Positions 61,004 to 64,000 of a stretch of DNA of 64,000 nt are shown in pieces. The stretch's first letter is position 1. Each line of letters starts with the position of its first letter. The stretch is from Eledone cirrhosa. Its lineage: Eukaryota. Made by a program: the position numbers and the translations under genes. Below the pieces are notes generated by a model. It saw only the letters and a list, made by a program, of their open reading frames with translations. It had not been told where the DNA came from and searched no databases. The stretch lies in assembly GCA_964016885.1 (NCBI GenBank), contig OZ024741.1, positions 277,202,001 to 277,266,000 on the forward strand. The letters run 5' to 3'.

Positions 61004-61431
61004 GTTTGTATATGTATAATAAAGCCAAAACAATGCAGGTATGGACATAGAATAAAGAATGCAAATGCAAAAGATATTGTTAACAATTAGTCTTTTACCT
61101 TAGATTTATTTAAATGTCCTTAATTTTAGAGATAATATCTCTTCTTCGGAGGGAAGCAAAGCGGTTAAACCAGTGTTCTAAATAGCTTGTTCTAAATAGC
61201 TTGTTCTAAACACTGGTTTAACTGCTTTACTTCCCTCCGAAGAAGAGATATTATCTCGAAAATTAAGGACATTTAAATAAATCTAAGGTAAAAGACTAAT
61301 TGTCAACAATATCTTTTGCATTTGCATTCTTTATTCTATATCCATACCTGCATTGTTTTGGCTTTATTATACATATACAAACGTTTATACCTCATTACAC
61401 AATGTTTCAAGTGAACTATAACTTCCTCCAT
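60998..61431. mobile_element. Solo fold-back of the pLTR of the 7.2-9.1 kb PLE family
   Basis: About 175 bp arms homologous to 8930-9115; right arm extends about 50 bp further (matches 7196-7240 inverted); hammerhead motif at 61234-61268. Confidence 0.9.
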
Positions 61432-61454
61432 ATATATAGAGAGATATATATATA

Positions 61455-62586
<1,132 letters not shown>

Positions 62587-62929
62587 TATATATATATATA
62601 GATAGATAGATATAAATATAAATATATACATATCTATTATATATATCACATTTAAAATTATGGATGTCATAATTGAGATAATCTTAAACATATCTCCTGT
62701 CTCCCAAAATCAGCTCATAGAAAAAATTCAAAGAATAAATCCGAGCATTTAATCCTTATAAAATAGTGAGGGACATATATATATACTTAAATATCCAATG
62801 ATATAAGTGTATATGACATAAAACTTTAGCAAGAGACAATCTGTATAGAATATTCGTTGATATGTCCTATACATTTATATCATTGGATATTTATGTGATT
62901 ATATATGTCATTCAGTATCTTATAATGAC

Positions 62930-63050
<121 letters not shown>

Positions 63051-63589
63051 CGGAAAAGATTGTTTTGGTAAAAACAGGAGTAAGCAGGAGAAAGCTCTCA
63101 ACAATCGTTGTTTTTAGTTACGATGGAGAATTTTATAAAATAACAAAATAAGATGCTGAGGTTACATGTATCGTTTAATCATTATTTCCACGGTTCTCCA
63201 TGCAAATATAAATGTACGAGCTATCATGTGTTGACTGGTGTTTCAGACACGTACACATCTCCACCAACATCAAAACATCTTGGTAGATTTTTGTAGACAC
63301 TGTCACTAACATATGTGCAAAACACACCCCACCAAGATCTGTGAACAGTTCTGTGTTTAGTTTCCCAAAAATAAAAAAAAACACTATTATCAGAAAAATA
63401 AAAAGAACAAACTAAAATACTGCCAGCGGCAACACACACATTCGACGTCTATCCCACTGCTCGAATCAAAAAAATATAACTTCTTTAATGTATGAAGACC
63501 ATCATGAATAACCAAAGAGCAGTTGAGGAGAAATGGGCCATTGAGAAAATCAAACTCAACCCCAAAGTGTTTTTTTTTCATTTGCGAAA

Positions 63590-64000
63590 AAACACAATGT
63601 CCCTGTCTTCACCGTCAGCCCTCTAATTGGTGAAAATGGCACACTCCAAGATAATTAAAAAACCATGGGTGAGTTACCGCAGAAACAATACTGCTCTGTT
63701 TTCAGTAACCTTATATGGCTGATCTGGGCTGTATCAGTGATGTTAATCCCCAACACACTATATCAGACATAACGCCTGGCGCCCCTGACATCTTAGCGGC
63801 AATAAACGAAACTAAACACAATTTAGCAGTAGGCCCCGATAAGTTCCCTGCTTGTCTCCTGAAGATGTGTCGACACCAACTTACATCTCCTCTTGCTATT
63901 CGTGAAAACGTTTTGTCCCAGTTTTCAAAAAGGGAAACAAGCCCCTTGCAGTGAACTACCATCTGATCTCACTCACCTCTCATATCATTAAAGTATTTGA
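63590..64000 (+). pseudogene. Decayed CR1/Jockey-group LINE fragment (pre-RT region)
   Basis: AVGPDKFPACLLKMCRHQLTSPL then PVFKKGNK.LAVNYHLISLTSHIIKVF. Confidence 0.72.

Noticed and set aside
63226-63280. Minus-strand hammerhead-like GAAA caccag TC aaca
   Set aside because: 5' core reads TTGATGT with extra unpaired bases and stem III does not pair convincingly.

Overview
AT-rich, microsatellite-saturated eukaryotic DNA with no recognisable host gene, rRNA, intact tRNA or CRISPR array. The SINE, LINE and microsatellite style suggests an octopod cephalopod intergenic or intronic region (inference). Contents: a decayed Tx1/L1-clade LINE with stacked 3' ends; three decayed Penelope-like elements (PLEs; RT + GIY-YIG) of apparently different clades (7.2-9.1 kb, 12.8-14.9 kb, 28.4-31.6 kb); RTE, R4-like and CR1-like LINE fragments; an internally deleted mariner; about 20 copies of one tRNA-derived SINE; and three minisatellites (42, 44/45 and 48 bp units). 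Nearly all long ORFs over microsatellites are artefacts. The most notable signal, read by eye, is a dense and diverse set of type I hammerhead ribozyme motifs (about a dozen convincing, several decayed). They sit in PLE termini and in short fold-back or partial-tandem elements inserted at (TA)n tracts. They include minimal forms with palindromic stem III, full-length forms with GUC cleavage sites, and U3-A8 and U4C core variants. Coordinates were counted manually and may be off by a few bases.
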